Program-made: the position numbers and the translations under genes
Shown: in pieces, positions 31,901 through 45,793 of the stretch
Layout of the letters: every line of letters begins with the position of its first letter
Position numbering within the stretch: position 1 is the stretch's first letter
Notes under the pieces: model-generated
The model's input: only the letters and a program-made list of their open reading frames with translations
Told to the model about the DNA's origin: nothing
The model's database searches: none
NCBI GenBank assembly: GCA_000708835.1
Contig: DF237247.1
Span: 1-64,000 of the forward strand
Direction of reading: 5' to 3'
Source: Klebsormidium nitens
Taxonomy: Eukaryota > Plantae > Klebsormidiophyceae
Length of the DNA: 64,000 nucleotides

Positions 31901-32835
31901 ACACAGCGTTTCTGGCTGAGATCATTAGGCCCCCTGCTGCCGCAAGCTTATGGGCCAGCACTAGCCCAGTCACATTCACACCATCTCGTTTCAGGGGGCG
32001 GTCACCATGCTGATCTGCAGTTGTCATGCCCCCCTCAGAAATTCTCCCCCAAAACTCGGTTCCAAGACAGGCTTGGTTTCCACATGCAGATTGTACATGG
32101 GAGGCGTATTTTCTCAGTATGCACCATCTTCAAAAGGGGGCACCTCTTTGCAATGAAGCATCACAAATACCATTTGCACCTTGTCGTCTTGGAAGGCTTT
32201 GTCAGCAACTCATTATTAGATTCCGTAGCCCCCCGTCTCAAATCCCCCGGAATTTGCCAACTCCGCTAGGGCAGTGCCCCGACTTTGCGCGCCTTTTTAT
32301 ATCCCGAAGTGGCATTGGCCGCCTCTTCTATAGATGAAGCGCAGTCACCAAACAAGCCATCCCTTTTTCAGGGGGCTTCTGTCACCCTTTGGTCCCTCGT
32401 TTTTGCAACCCCCCAGGCTCTTGCCAACCTTTCCCCCCCTGGCCAACTTTTTCTTCCCCCCCAACAGGAGGGATTGCAGGGGCTATCTTCTGTCCATTAC
32501 AAGCAGCATTACTTCCGGTTGTGCCCTTGCGCGCCTGGGGGCTTTTTTCACACCGTGTTCCCACGCTTTTCAAAACTCCCCAAAACCAGACTCTTCACTC
32601 CCTTCAAACTCAGAAGCATTCCCTCAAGCCTGTCCCAAAACTGTGAGAGCCCCCCTTATGGAAGTCCTTCGCTTCTCAGAAGCCCCGGCGGCCGGCGCCT
32701 GTCCAGTACCCTCCGCCTTCGCTTCGTTGTACCATCACCTTTCAGGGGGCTTTCCTCGAAACCGACCCCACCTTTTCAAGAGCCCCCGAAACGAATTTCT
32801 TCTCAAAATGATATCCCCTTTGCCTTTGATTGCAG

Positions 32836-35800
32836 GAATTCCGGCGGACGCCGTCTGTTTCAGACAAGCAGCACATCCTCTGGTTGCACCATCACGTTCC
32901 AGGGGGCTTCCGTCACATTCCAGGTCTGCATAGCAGACTCCTCGGGTTTTACTTTCCGGTGGAACGACCAAGGCTCAAATGTCGTTCAGATCTCAGTCTC
33001 GGACCAGAGTGGGGGTTGGATCGGCTTTGGGATCGGCGCGCGGATGGTCGGCTCAAGCGCTGCCATCGCTTTTCCAGCCTCTGGTAAGCTATCGGTACGT
33101 TTACCTATAGGATATGGCAGATCACCTCACCCGTTTTTGCTTTAGCGCTTTCAGTTTCAGCTTCGGTTAACACTCGTTCTGTCTCGAGGCAGGCCCGTTC
33201 CTCTCGAATGCAACACGATACTGATTCAGTTGCAGTCGGGCATCGTGACTGGCAGTCAAGAGCCGCGAAGATTCCTACTCTCTACATTTGCCTTGTCCTC
33301 AATGACCTGGTATAGCAAACCACTTCGCTCCTCGGTTTCAAAAAGGCGCTTCTCTCTACTTCGATTCTCAGGATTTCGAGAGAAGGTTTTGCTTTGCCGT
33401 TTGCTCCATGCGTCTGCTTACGAAGGGTAACGGGTTACGTCGCCGACGTCAGCTTTGCGTCATCTTACGAGTAAGGCACCTGATCTTTCCCGTGCCCTCC
33501 GTTTCCGCAGGCGGCAACTCCGCCGGGGGGGTCTACGCCAACACTTACTACTTGGGGGGGGAGAGAAGTAGCGAGGTTAATCCAGGGGGCAATTTGCAGC
33601 TCAGCACTGATGGAGTGGAAGCCGAATACACCGGGGGGGTTATGACCATGCTTTTCACGCTAACCCTCGCAAGCGGCCAGTACCCGACTTCGAGTGTCAT
33701 CTTTGCGCGGGGGGTTGCGGGCAACCCGAGCACGGGAGCGATCCCCGAGCACACACAGTACTACCAGGGCAGGCTAACGTGGCAGGTGAGTCGTTGGTGA
33801 ATCGTCAATTCTGCACGTCTCTTTGTAAAGAAGGGCCGTTTGAAGAACATTGGTTCTTTATTCTGTAGTTAGACCTCGTTTTGATCGTCCTGGGATATTG
33901 TAAATCGAATTGTGAAGAGGATTCTGGGAGCTTCAGGGCTTTGACGTCCTAGGGGTATAGCGCTTCGCACTGTCTTTTTCGAACCAGAGACGCCTGATGG
34001 GAATCGTGTTATGTTTCAAACTCTTTCAAAAGGCTTACTTTAGATGTAAACCGTCGCAGATCCACGAATACAGAAGACTATCTAACGAAAAGGTGTTGCT
34101 TATAGGGACTTAACCTTGTCGCAACCATCGCAAACGGATAGAACGCGTCCAGTCAAGCCAAGTTCTACCTGAAATGGGACAACGGCGAACCCTTCCGCTT
34201 TAGGAGCTTGACACGTGGCGTGCAACCTCATGAGCAATGTATCTCAAATTCAGAACTTACGAACTTCCAGACTCGACAATCAGACTGCTGGTGTTCTCAA
34301 GTTGCAGGATCTTACAACAAGAAAGAAGTTCACAATGTGTTTCTTGTGTCCGTTAATAGGAAACGGTCTCTTAACCTGCAGGTTGCAACCACGGCGCCAA
34401 CAACGGCCCCAACAACGGTTTCCGGTTCCGGCAACTCTAGCACTTCCTCCACTTCCGCCCCGACAACAAATTCCGGTTCCGGCAGTTCCGGCCCCGGTCT
34501 CACCATCGAGAGCGGCCAGACGACAATGACTAAGGTGGGTCTAATGACCTTTAAATCCTTTGTCCGTTTTCGGTTGTAGATTGTGCTTTGTCGTGAATGG
34601 ACCCGCTGACGTGGCGGCTTCCTAACGTGATCTTGTCGCCAGTGCACTTGACCGGGAACAAGGAGCGCTGCCTTGCCAACTCTTGGTGTCCAATCGGCGA
34701 TTCGCGGCCCGCTTTCCAGAGGTTGAGCCCAGTTATGAATCTTTCTTGGCTGGATTTTTTTTTTTTTTTGGGGCACGCAAGAGAATCGGTGTGTCTCTCA
34801 GCACTTTCCTTCCCCCGGGCACCTTTTTCGCTTAGGGATTGCCCATTGGATTCAGCAGGAACTACAATCCAACACCGTCATGGAAGCCTTTCGTTCCATA
34901 TTCAGATGCACGCTTTGACCTCACACGGTGTTCTGAAGCACTGATATTCTCATATGCTTCTTTGGCCCCTTGTCATGTCCACCATATGGAGCCAGGACCT
35001 CCTTTTTGCCAAATACCCCGTTCGGTCTTTGGTGCAGATGCACTACCTGATCACGGTGCTTGTTCGAAGCATCGGCTTCTTATATGCTTCACTGTTGTTT
35101 TATCAGCACCACCAATCCGCCACGATTTTTCATACAAAATCTTTTGCGAACCGGCCACTCCATTCTTCTTCCAGGTGCACGGTATCTTTAGGTAATAATC
35201 TGGAACGTATCCTCCCCCGTTATTGCCGCCCGGTTCGTCCACCGATTAGCCTCAATCACACCCTTGAAAACGATCTTGAACCGGGCAATCCGTTTCTCTT
35301 TCCAGGTGCACGGTATCATTCAGATGATAGTCTGGAGCGTTATCTTCCCCCTCGGGATCATCGCCGCCCGGTTCTTCCACCACATGGACCCCCTCTGGTG
35401 GCACCTCCACCGCGCGATCCAGGGCTTAGGGTTTATCGGCTTCGCGGTCGGCCTCGGGCTGGGGCTCAAGTCGAAGGCGGCGCAGAGCGGCGCGAGCGGC
35501 GTCCACACAATACTGGCCATCGTCTTGCTGGTCGCCATCTCGCTTCAGGTTCGTCTCGCTCTAGTTGCTCAGAAACGTTTAAGCGCACGTGCTTTCTCGT
35601 GCGATCGAAACGACTCCGTTTTCAGTTTCCTAACCAGGTAGACAGCTGTCGCTCCACCATGTCAGACCTCTGTTGGGTCGGGAGTAGATAGAGTCAAGCA
35701 AACACGGGACTCATGGAACCAATACTCTGGAGCCATGAACGTTCAATCTTGAGTGTCGCTCCATCTGGTTGGCCCAAACACGGGACTCAAGGAACCAATG

Positions 35801-36557
35801 CTCTGGAGCCACCAACGTTCTATCTTGAACGTCGCTCCATCTGGTTGGCCCCCTTTCCGGTCCTTCCGATTTGACGCGAACCGTTCGATCATCCGACTAT
35901 GCTGCCAGAGACTCTCAGACTTCCACATTGAACTCCTCGGAGTTCGTTCAAGGTCCGCCTTGCGGGTGGTCGGTTCCGATGTCCGTGCTTGTTGACATCG
36001 TTCTAAAGGCATTTCCCACCTTCCTTTGGGAAAGATAGCTCCTCGCAGTGTCAGAATCGCCCCGTCAGATCCGGTTCCATTCACCAGTTCTACGTGCTTC
36101 CGTTCGCGAAGGTCTTCAAAACATCATCGGCTCAAGCCAAGCCACGTGTCTCCCTGCGCAGATCCTGGCCGTCGTTCTCCGGCCCAAGAAGGACGCCAAG
36201 GTCCGCTCCGCCTGGAACCTTTACCACCACTGGCTCGGCCGCTCCGCCATCGTTATCGCAATCGTCAACATCTACATTGGGCTGAACTTATACAACGCCA
36301 GCTCGGAAATAACCACAGCATACACCGTGATCTGGGTTGCCGTCGCTCTAGTTTATTTGGCGCTGGAGGCCTATTGGCGGATCCGGGGCCCGTGGAGCAA
36401 GGGCTACGCCAGCAAGCAAGCGCTGCCCACTTCCGTTCCATCCGGTGGTTCCGTTTCCGCCGTCAACGGACCGGCGATGCCCCGTGGTCCGGAGCCCAGT
36501 GCGCCCGCGATTGTGCGCCCGAGTTATCCGCCAGCTCGGAAGGATGCGGCGTACTAA
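32836..36557 (+). CDS. DOMON + cytochrome b561 (CYBDOM) protein; first exon not located
   Basis: DOMON: GWIGFGIGARMVGSSAAIA and IPEH. b561: VHGIIQMIVWSVIFPLGIIAARFF...WWHLHRAIQ, VHTILAIV, LRPKKDAKVRSAWNLYHHWLG. Exons joined by GT-AG introns. Confidence 0.9.
35700..35851. repeat. ~76-bp intronic tandem duplication
   Basis: AACACGGGACTCA.GGAACCAAT.CTCTGGAGCCA...CGCTCCATCTGGTTGGCCC occurs twice. Confidence 0.9.
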
Positions 36558-38241
36558 TATTTGTGGTTGTCCATAAGGAAAGGCTTAGCTGAACAAAGAT
36601 ACTATTTAGACTATTGGGCTTGCGATTGGGCTTGCGATTGACGCTGCGCAGAAGTACGAGTTGATATCTATTGAAGGACATGCACTAGAATTAAGTACAA
36701 CAAACTGCTGAAGCGAAAACTTATCTTTTAACTAACCAGAAAGATATGGTCTCGGTATATAGTGAAAGGCAATCGTTACAAAGCAAGTTATTCTAGTACT
36801 ATGAAAGCGTGAACGATCAGATTCATGATTCAACTGGCTATTGCTATCACGGACAGTTGATTTATGAATCTGCATGCGAATTGACAAAAAACATATAGCC
36901 GTGTTTGAAGGTATTGCCTATCATTGGATCCGGCAGGCTAGTCTGTTATCGTCGATAATATTGAGCGAGCAAACCATAATTGAATCTGTTTGAACATGCA
37001 AGTAGTGGCATGGCAATAGAAGCGCGGCCTATAGCCGCCACGGCGGCGCCGCCCGGAGCATTTAGGATACACATGCCGCGCGTCAAAAAGATTAGCATTC
37101 GCCGTGACTTAGGATATGCATGAAATCGTCCGGGCAGTATTAAAGACGCAAGCTGACGCTTCGGGCTGGTGGCAATGGGCAGACTAATTAATTTGAACTT
37201 ACTGTTGGTGCATGGTGGTACACTGATATAGATATAGATAGCATCTACCACTACATTCAAACGGCCGCGTCGATATTGTTAACGCCGGACTCATGCAACC
37301 ATCTCCTTGCCTTGACACTTGGTAATCCATGGTTCAAAGTGATTGAGTCGTTGGAGTCGGCAGCTCGCGATGCACAAGCTCAAAGGCTCGAAGCTTAGTA
37401 TGAAGGATCCCGGTTCATGCATATGGTCACGGTCCGTATGGGAACCGTACGGTCGAACTCAAGCGCGGCGGCCGGCCGGGGCTCAGAAGCAATCATATCA
37501 TTTCCGCGGCACGTATGGCAAGTGCTCAGTTTGAAGCTTGGCTGCAATTATGTTGTCAGTGTATTTCTGTATCATTACTGCCGAGCGAGCCCTGGCATGC
37601 AACTCGATCGTCACATGATTGCCCCGTCACTAAGTCCATCCGATACGTAGTATCTGCTAATGCTCAGACTCAAGTTCGTTTGGATGCGCATCTGTCCATT
37701 CTATACTCATCAGTTGGAAAACGAGGTGACTCGAGATCTATGGACCGTGCAAAATCAGCCAATCAGTTGGTCTACGAATGATATCTCATGCATATTCGCA
37801 CTCAGAAAAGCATGACGATTGGATGGCTGAATGAGCAGTGACACGAAAGTCTGCAAATCGTGGGGAGTATAAGTCGCACATGCTTTCCAGTCAGATCGAC
37901 ATCACGGCATGAACCCTTTGTCCAGCCATGTTTGCGCCTCCTACCTTACAGCCCGTGCAGCCCGAGCTGACATTGAGTTGTAGTTTGCTCACTTTCTCGA
38001 TGGCAGACACCTAATGGCTACCAGATTGATCACCGTCCATACCTTCATTGAACGTATATCGTGTCTCACAATTGTATCGAGAACCTTAATGTCCCGCCTG
38101 ATCGATCCGGTATCATACACCTCACGACATCGCACCCCTCTCTGTAACAATAGCGGTAAACCAGTGACGGAGTCCACGACTATGGACGGTCGATCACTTG
38201 GTTAGTCAGCTTTCTACCTACCCCCCTTGGCCAGAACTGTG

Positions 38242-41200
38242 TCAAACCTTTTTGTCGGTGGACGTAACCCCAACCGCAACATTGCTCACCTGTAGAGCGA
38301 GGCGGTTCAATGCAAAACCTCAGTCGCGTTCAAAAGAGCATTTTGTTCCATCCAAAGGGCATCACGATTGCAGAGGGGAGACAAATGACATTTGAGAAAG
38401 CGTATGCCGTCAATTTTGTCGCTCTGCATAAGCTTGCGCAAACAAGCAACCAGGATTGAAGTAGCGCCAAGGACGCAGACCCAAGACCCCATGTCCGTCA
38501 ATTCTGTCCCTCTGCTCGCATCAACGCATCTGGGCAGAACAGCAATTCTGAACCTCCGCTGAGAAGAACGAGCAGATTGTTAGCGGCCGCTTACCACTTG
38601 ACCGCTTTCGTCAAGCGTGTCGGGGTTCTCCACAATCACGGTCTGGGTGCGCGGTGGGACCTGCTGGACGATTCAATGCAGCCACGTCAGTGAATCATTC
38701 CTTGCCGGCCTTTTCTTATAGATGCATCAAACACGATATGGAAAAGTCGGTATGCCGGATGTCGAGAGACGGCACGACGTATGTCGTTAGAAGTGATTTT
38801 TTCGCTTAGCGTCGCTCACACCTACGAACCAGATTGCATGACTTCCCAGAGTACACGGACTTTCAAAGCTAAAGAAAATCCAAATACACTGACGTTCAAA
38901 GCAAAAAATAGGAGGACGCGGACGGCTTACTTGTTGTAACGGTATCTGCTGTGGGGGCGGTTGATGAAGGGGCTGGGGAGTCAGGTAAGGAGGCCGCGGG
39001 GAAGGAAGTGGCATCCGGTTCATGCCGACCTGTGCACAGCATGTCGCGCAGAATTTGAGACAATCGACTTTCAAGTTCCAAATCTGAGATCCCTGACAAC
39101 CAATTGAACCCTGGAATTTGACGTAAGGGGGCCGCGGGGAAGGGAGCGGCATCCGTTTCATGCCGACCTAAGCACAGAAGTTGCGCGCATTCCACTAAGA
39201 AGACTTTCCGTCTTGGAGACCACAATCCCCTGTGCACCTTAGAACCTGGGGTTTCTTTCGCTATTTTCGTCGCTCCGGTCGTGCCGCCGCAGATTTAAAC
39301 ATTCGTCTCTCCAAGGAAAAGGAAAAACTCTGCCGAGAACGACTGTGGTCGAAAGAAGGCTGCCTCTGTGCCAAGACCGTTCAGTGCACCACGGGCGGAG
39401 ACCAGCGGAACGAAGCTGCGAAAAGGATGACTCCGTAACCGGTTACACCAACAATGTGTTGCTGAGCCGAGCAGTGTCTCTCGATCACGAAGCGACCATG
39501 TCCATCATTCTCTTCTTAAGCAACGGCGAGCAATTCACCATGCCTCCTAAAAGTGGTCGCATGGAAGCAACGATAAGCAATCCGAACCGAGCGGTATCTG
39601 GATTTGCTCACCGATGCTTGTGTTACGTACTGGCAGACGGCACATTTTACGGACTGCGCTCCTGCTGAATACATGAGCGTCTGCCCACACCCCGCGCAAT
39701 TTACGTACCCAATGCGGTTTGCTGCACAGAAAGGCAAGAGGCATTAGTTTCTTAAAATTGCCCGATGGTTTCACAATGTTATGCTTAGGTCTGAAGATGG
39801 CTGTCAAAAGGAGCTCCTGATTTTAGCGATCCGTGAGACGAAATTTTGGACAGTACCTTTCACTGGCAGGTGACCCGTGCATTTCGCTTATAGTGCTTTG
39901 TCGAGAATTTTCATCACTGCGCAAACTCATGTTTTCCTTCAGATCGCAGCATCGACGGACGGAAAGGCACCTTATATCACAAGCTCAGTTCGCTGCTTGA
40001 ATTGACCAGAAAGAAACTTGGAACTCTTAGTCTGTTCTGCGTCATTTAGACGGAGGTTTTACGAGCGTACCTTCCATTGCTAGGTTGACAGTGTGACACA
40101 ACGAGCACTGGACGCTCGACGCCCCCCGGACGTACATGAGCGGCGTCCGACACCCCACACACACTAGCTGCGCCATTTCCGAACCTGCACCCGTCGATTT
40201 TTCCGTTGAAGGCTTATTATGTAAGGGTTTGGAGTCTTAAGAGTTGGTTTTATCAGATCTGTTCTGGTCCTTTTCGGTGCAAAGAACTCATCCTGTTTTT
40301 CGAGATTGTCTGACACCCCGCACACACTAGCTGCGCCATTCCTCAACCTGCACCCGTCACCTTTTCCGTTTCAAGAGTTTCATTATGCAAGGGTTTTAGG
40401 GCTTCCGAAAGTTGGTTTCCATCAATGTGTTCTGGTCCTTTTCGGTGTAGGGATCTTCAGTCTTCTTCCCCCCGGCTCGTTTGACACCCCGCGCATATTA
40501 GCTGCCCCAATGCCGAGCCTAGTCGTTCTCTTGTGAGGAGTTTTGATTAAAGGCCTAGGCTTTCAAGTTTCTTCTCAGTCTGCTGAATCTTTGCTCGTCA
40601 TTTCCAACGCTCAAAACTCGAAATGTGTTTCCTGGACCGTCTTAACACCCCCGCACACCAGTTGCGCCATCTCCGATTCTGCACCCGTTACCTTTTCCGT
40701 CTTAAAACTTGAGTAACCGATCTCTCCCCTCGAATCAATCTGCATCCGAACTTGGTCGGCAGCACTCTGTTCTCTTTCTGCTTGTGCATAGAAAGCAAAG
40801 AGCTTTATCGAAGGGAGTTGAGGACCCCCCGTACTCCCGTCGAGCATGCCGAGCCCCTTTGCCTTGTGTGCAAGATACGAGAAAGGAATATGATGCTCAA
40901 AGAGGGCCTCTACGTGACGCTATCATCTACCAATATCCAAGCACTGAAAAGGCCTTCGGAACAGACAACAAAACTACTGACGTGTATTCAGGGACACTTC
41001 ACATATAAACACAGAGCTTGCTTGAGTTGGGGTCTTAAGCAGGAAAAAACGGATTTTACTGCTCAGTTTGACGGTGCGCCCTCGAGATTTCTTACTGGTG
41101 GAGCGTAAGTGCGGGTTGAATTTTCAGCCAGCGGCACGAACAAGCGTTAGTGCGTGGTTTAGGAGCTCACCCTGGGGCATAACCGACGTCACAAACTGGC

Positions 41201-42063
41201 ACAACGAACAACGAACATTCGACGCCCCCTGGGGGTACACCAACAGAGTTCGGCAGCCACTGCATAAGATTTGCCCCTGCCCCCCTGCAACAAACCATAC
41301 TGATTGTCAGCAAATCGCACAGAATTCGGAGTTCGAGGCCGATACTTCCGGCTATCTAATGCTTAATCTCCACAACCTGTATGTCACGTACTTGGTCGTT
41401 TCGCTTTACCATGCGGACAGTAGCCTCCACCAGTATGCAGAATTTTCAGAACGTTGACCACTTTGAGGGTCCCAGAAACATGTGGTTGGCCTTCTCCCCT
41501 TCAGTAGACTGTAAATCCGGCAGTATGCAAACCATTCCGACCGTCAACCCTTTCTGGAGATTCCCGGAAACACGCGATTGCCCGTTTTTCCTGGCCCAAT
41601 GCCCCCGGTGGCGCTGGCATCACGTTCTGCATATGAGCGATTGTCCTGAAAGAGCTCTGGGGAATCCGGGGAAGAGAGACCTCTTCAATCAGATCTCTGA
41701 GTTCTCAAGCGCGTCGTTGGGAAGGTCATTTAATTGCTGCGAGTAAGAATTGTCCAAGCTCTCAAAGCCGTTCCCTGAAACTATCCTCGTCTGCAGTCCT
41801 ATCCGACCGCCACAATCGTTGTTCTTCGAAAATCCAAACAGTCACTACTCAGTAACCAATACTCAATTATCAAAATTCTTAGCGCATATGTCTTCACGAC
41901 TTTTCTATCTAAACAACTCTTGTTGGCAAACTGTCACCCACAGGGTTTGGCATCACTGCTTACCAGGCGGACCATAGTGCCCCGAAGGCCCTGGTGGACC
42001 CGGCATCATGTGCTGCATATGGGGCGCCGGATAGGGCGCCAGCGGTTGCAACGGCGCAGGCAT
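38242..42063 (-). CDS. LSD1: LSD1/LOL1 zinc-finger protein with three LSD1 fingers, 7 exons
   Basis: [12 protein letters not shown]; [25 protein letters not shown]; [27 protein letters not shown]; [25 protein letters not shown]; [18 protein letters not shown]|[15 protein letters not shown]. Confidence 0.93.
40145..40700 (-). repeat. Decayed tandem copies (period ~165-170 bp) of the acceptor and start of the LSD1 second-finger exon
   Basis: GACACCCC(A/G)CACACACTAGCTGCGCCAT variants at ~40149, 40312, 40481 and 40642. Confidence 0.85.
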
Positions 42064-43949
42064 GGGGTTGGGGCGAGGTGCAATTGGAGGAGGCGCGGAG
42101 GCTGGTCTGCACAAGTTCGTGATACAAAATAAGACCCAGGAAAAAATACTCGCCAAGGAATCCGTTGTCAATGGTTGAAAGACGATAGCTAGCCCAAAGT
42201 TCTGACGCCTTGGTTCCCGGATAGGGCGCAGGTGACTGCAATGGCGCAGGCATTGAGCAGGACGAGGTGCAACTGGAGGAGGCACGGGGGAAGAGATTGG
42301 TGTGCACAAGTTCGTGATACAGATGAGAGTCACGAAAGAGCTTGCAGCGAGGATTTTGGAAAGAAATTTGTGATCAAAGATTGCGGGATAATGAGCGGAC
42401 TGGTTGATTGGAGCCTTGGTCCGATGTTCGGAAGGGGATTGAGTGGAGGGAAATAGGTCTGAGTCTTGTCTGGAATCTCAAGCAAGCTCTGCCTCCTAAG
42501 AGGAAGTCCCGTGTTGAACTTAACGCCGCAGCTTCACATGAGCGGCCCGCCCGCCACACCTCTTGATGTTGATGCCGACAATGAAAGCTTGCCACATGGG
42601 TCTACACAAGGATGCCCGTCCGATGACAAAGTCTGTCTGTCCAGGTATTGTTTCCAGACACACCGGAAAACACAACATAAAATTTGCAATGAGTTATCGC
42701 ATCTGCTCGTCCGCAGTCTTCCTCTGTAAACCGTGTGTGCATTTCATTACGCTTTCACACCCTTGCACAGCAGCAGCAACAACAACCAAGCCAGAGCCGG
42801 CAGAAGAACCAGCGGTTAGCGAGGTCTCAGAGACCGGGGAATACATTACAGACCAAGAGCTCTGTGCACCTGCTACCGTGAAAGTGGCGCTGACCGGGAA
42901 GAGCGAAAGCGGCTGGAACGCACCTGCTACCAGGGGAGGTGGCGCTGGCGGGTGGAGCCGAACCGGGCGTCACCAAAGCGTCCGAGGAGGCCACACGCTG
43001 GTACCCAGCGCTGCTGCTGCTGGCGGCCGAGAGCATTCTGGGGGGGTGATTTGCAGTGCTCGTTCGGGGGGGTGCCTAAAGAAAGTTGAGATCGAACGAT
43101 TCCTAGCCTTCTGGGAAGGGTGGACTTATTATGCTGTATCACGGGGGTTTTCCAGATGATACAGAAGAATGAAAGAGTATACAGGATACCGGACGGGCCT
43201 GGTTGGCAATGCTGGCTCAGGGGAGTGCTTGCAGAAAGTAAAACCTAGTGGTGGGAGCTCCTTGTATTCTCCGGGTTCTAACCAGCTATCCGGACTGCAA
43301 AACTTCTTGACACTCTCTTCAGACGACCACTCCACCATGACTAGGTCTAGCTCCAAAATCATGAGCAGAGTCACTGATTCAAAGTAGCAAGTTGTGCAAC
43401 AGTTCATATATTCAAAACAATGCCTTTCATTGCAAGTGATTATGCAGCAATAAATACCTAAGATGGAAGAGCTTTAACTGAACACAGCATCTGTTGACAT
43501 AGAATCTCCTGGTTCGGAAGCTGCCAATTGCAGCTTCCGAGGAAATGGAGACAATGGAAAAAGATTTCCAGCTCCTAACAGAGTCTAGAAAGAATCAGGG
43601 TGTACAAATCAACAAATGCAGTCCAAGACCAGAAACCTGCTTAAAAGCTCAGCCTTAATGTCAGCATTGCTCTGTAAAAGGACTAAAAGCAGAAATGCGT
43701 CTTTGCGTGAGAGTCATTGCCCAGTGACCAACTTCATCTAATGACAAAGATCAAGACCTCTCAACTTGACCGCCGGGCACATCCTCGCACTCCCAATGCG
43801 CATTGAGAATGCTAATCCTGCATATAAGCTTACAGGAGTCCCTTTGGTACCCAGGACAGCTAGGCTTTGCTGGACATCAGTCACAAGCAGAAATAAGTGC
43901 TGCATACCCTGCAAACTTTGCAGTTGAACCAACGGTGTGTCAAGAATGC

Positions 43950-44470
43950 TCACTCTCAATCAGAGCAGCATTGCCTTTTATAGTTGGTCATACCAGCACC
44001 CTTTAGTTCTCTGTCCAGAATTTGCGCAACTTCACTTTTCAGCCACTTGACTAATGACAAGAAAGGAAGACCGCACAGTGAAAAGCGAAGGGTTTCTGCA
44101 GCATGCCTTGTCTCAGCATTCAACTGCAGACTCTGGCAGTTACGGTGTCCTCTGCCAATGACATGCACAGAGATTGAATGCAGGTCACAGTGCCTGGTTC
44201 TTCAAACCGGCGTCGGCACCTACCTGCTATCTGCCGCCTCCAGTCACCGTCTCTGCAAGGATTCCATTTCAAATGCCTCCCAATCGTTTCTGGTCTTGCG
44301 GTGCTGCTTGCAAAGAGGTTCGCTTTCCGCCTCTTCTCAGATTCTGCTTGGTCGGCTGCCGTCTTTCCGACTCTTCCTTCTCCCAAACAATGTCTTCTGA
44401 TGTCAACAGAACAGCAGAGAAGACCTTTGCTCGCGGCAAAATGGAGTGCGCTCCATCCTTCCTGGAAAGG
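43950..44470 (-). pseudogene. Ankyrin-repeat remnant
   Basis: EGWSALHFAASKG after a TTCCAG acceptor; EVAQILDRELKGA downstream; no intact model. Confidence 0.35.
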
Positions 44471-45793
44471 TGTCGTGACGTGGCCACAGAATGGTGGGGT
44501 TTTCCACCGCACTGATGCAGGAATGCTGCAATTGATTTTCGGTGTAAAAGTTGGTGTGAATGTGTACGATACATAACATCGCATCGACGCAGGGGGTTCG
44601 AGCATTTCACGCTGTTTGGGAGGAAGTCGGGGCCCTGTTTGCAAGGGGGATGCACCACAGATGACGGGAGCCCTATTACTTTATGTATCAGAAAAAAACC
44701 TTAAACAGGGCCTTAGAGTTGCCAGCCACGATTTTTGACGTAGAGCAACCCCCGTCCCCCTTTCTCCCCCCTATGGGTTTTAGGTTTCAGAAGATATTTG
44801 AGGATTAGGGTTCCCATGCAGTCAGAATCGCAGCTACAGCCTCATGCAGGCTCAGGAGTCAGCTAGATACAGCTTTCACTGTATCCTTAGGGGCGGATCT
44901 CGTTGATCTAGCCAGGCGCGCTGCGCAAAGGGTCCCTGGCAGCAGGATCTGTAAAGGACAGAGGTCTGTGATCATTTCGTCAGGTGATCCCTGTCTCTTG
45001 GGTCATGGTCGTAGCAACTCAAGGTTGAAAGGAAGAAATTGTGCAAGCATCCACAAATCATTTTACAACAGGTCTGAGACGAGCATCTTCTCAGGAAGCT
45101 ACTGTGTTCTAACAGATCCCCTAGGATCCGCATTTGCATCACAAGGTCTGAAAACCTTTGACACGCCAAGGTAAGGTTCTGCTTTAAGCACTCAAGTTGC
45201 AAAGCTGAGATTCAGGCGCTCTTGCTTGACCACCTGCAGAACATTACAATACAAAATACCACCATATGGCTGGTGGCTTGGTACATCAATGATTCTGCGA
45301 GGACTTTGGATTCCAAAGCAGGGATTGTTTAGGCACTTTGCAGCTAAAAGTATTCGTCCAGTGTGTTCGTGCGTTGGGGACAACACTTGCCTGGGCACTT
45401 CTGATTTGAATGGGAGGCACTGGTAGTTCAAGACAATGCAGCTTGTCAAGGTGTCGCAGTGAAAATTTCCATGAAAATATGAGGTGGAGGATTCCAAACA
45501 TCATCGTTTGGCTCTTCTGATCCTGCAAGCAAGAGTTTTGTCCAGAATCAAAAAAGCAACTGGCGAGGATTGCGCCCAGATTATATCAGCATGACTGCAT
45601 GTTCAAAATTTTAGATCAAACTAACAGCTACAACCACAGGCTGGGGTTCGATTCTACATCGATTAAAGACAATTCACACATGTCCAGTCATCAATGCGAA
45701 AATCACATAGCCGGCCGGGGTCCGCTTCCATGTCAATGAAATTATCAACAATTCACCGCACTTCTGGGCCATCAAGTCGTCCGTCACGCGCAG

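Noticed and set aside
41165-41280. Looked like another mirror patch
   Set aside because: Its ordinary reverse complement is the LSD1 first zinc-finger exon. This shows that judging mirror patches by eye gives false positives, so the shorter candidates are scored low.
42538-43080. Possible gene divergent from LSD1 (MSGPPATPLDV...)
   Set aside because: The obvious splice gives a stop after ~65 codons and other frames need shifts; no supportable model.
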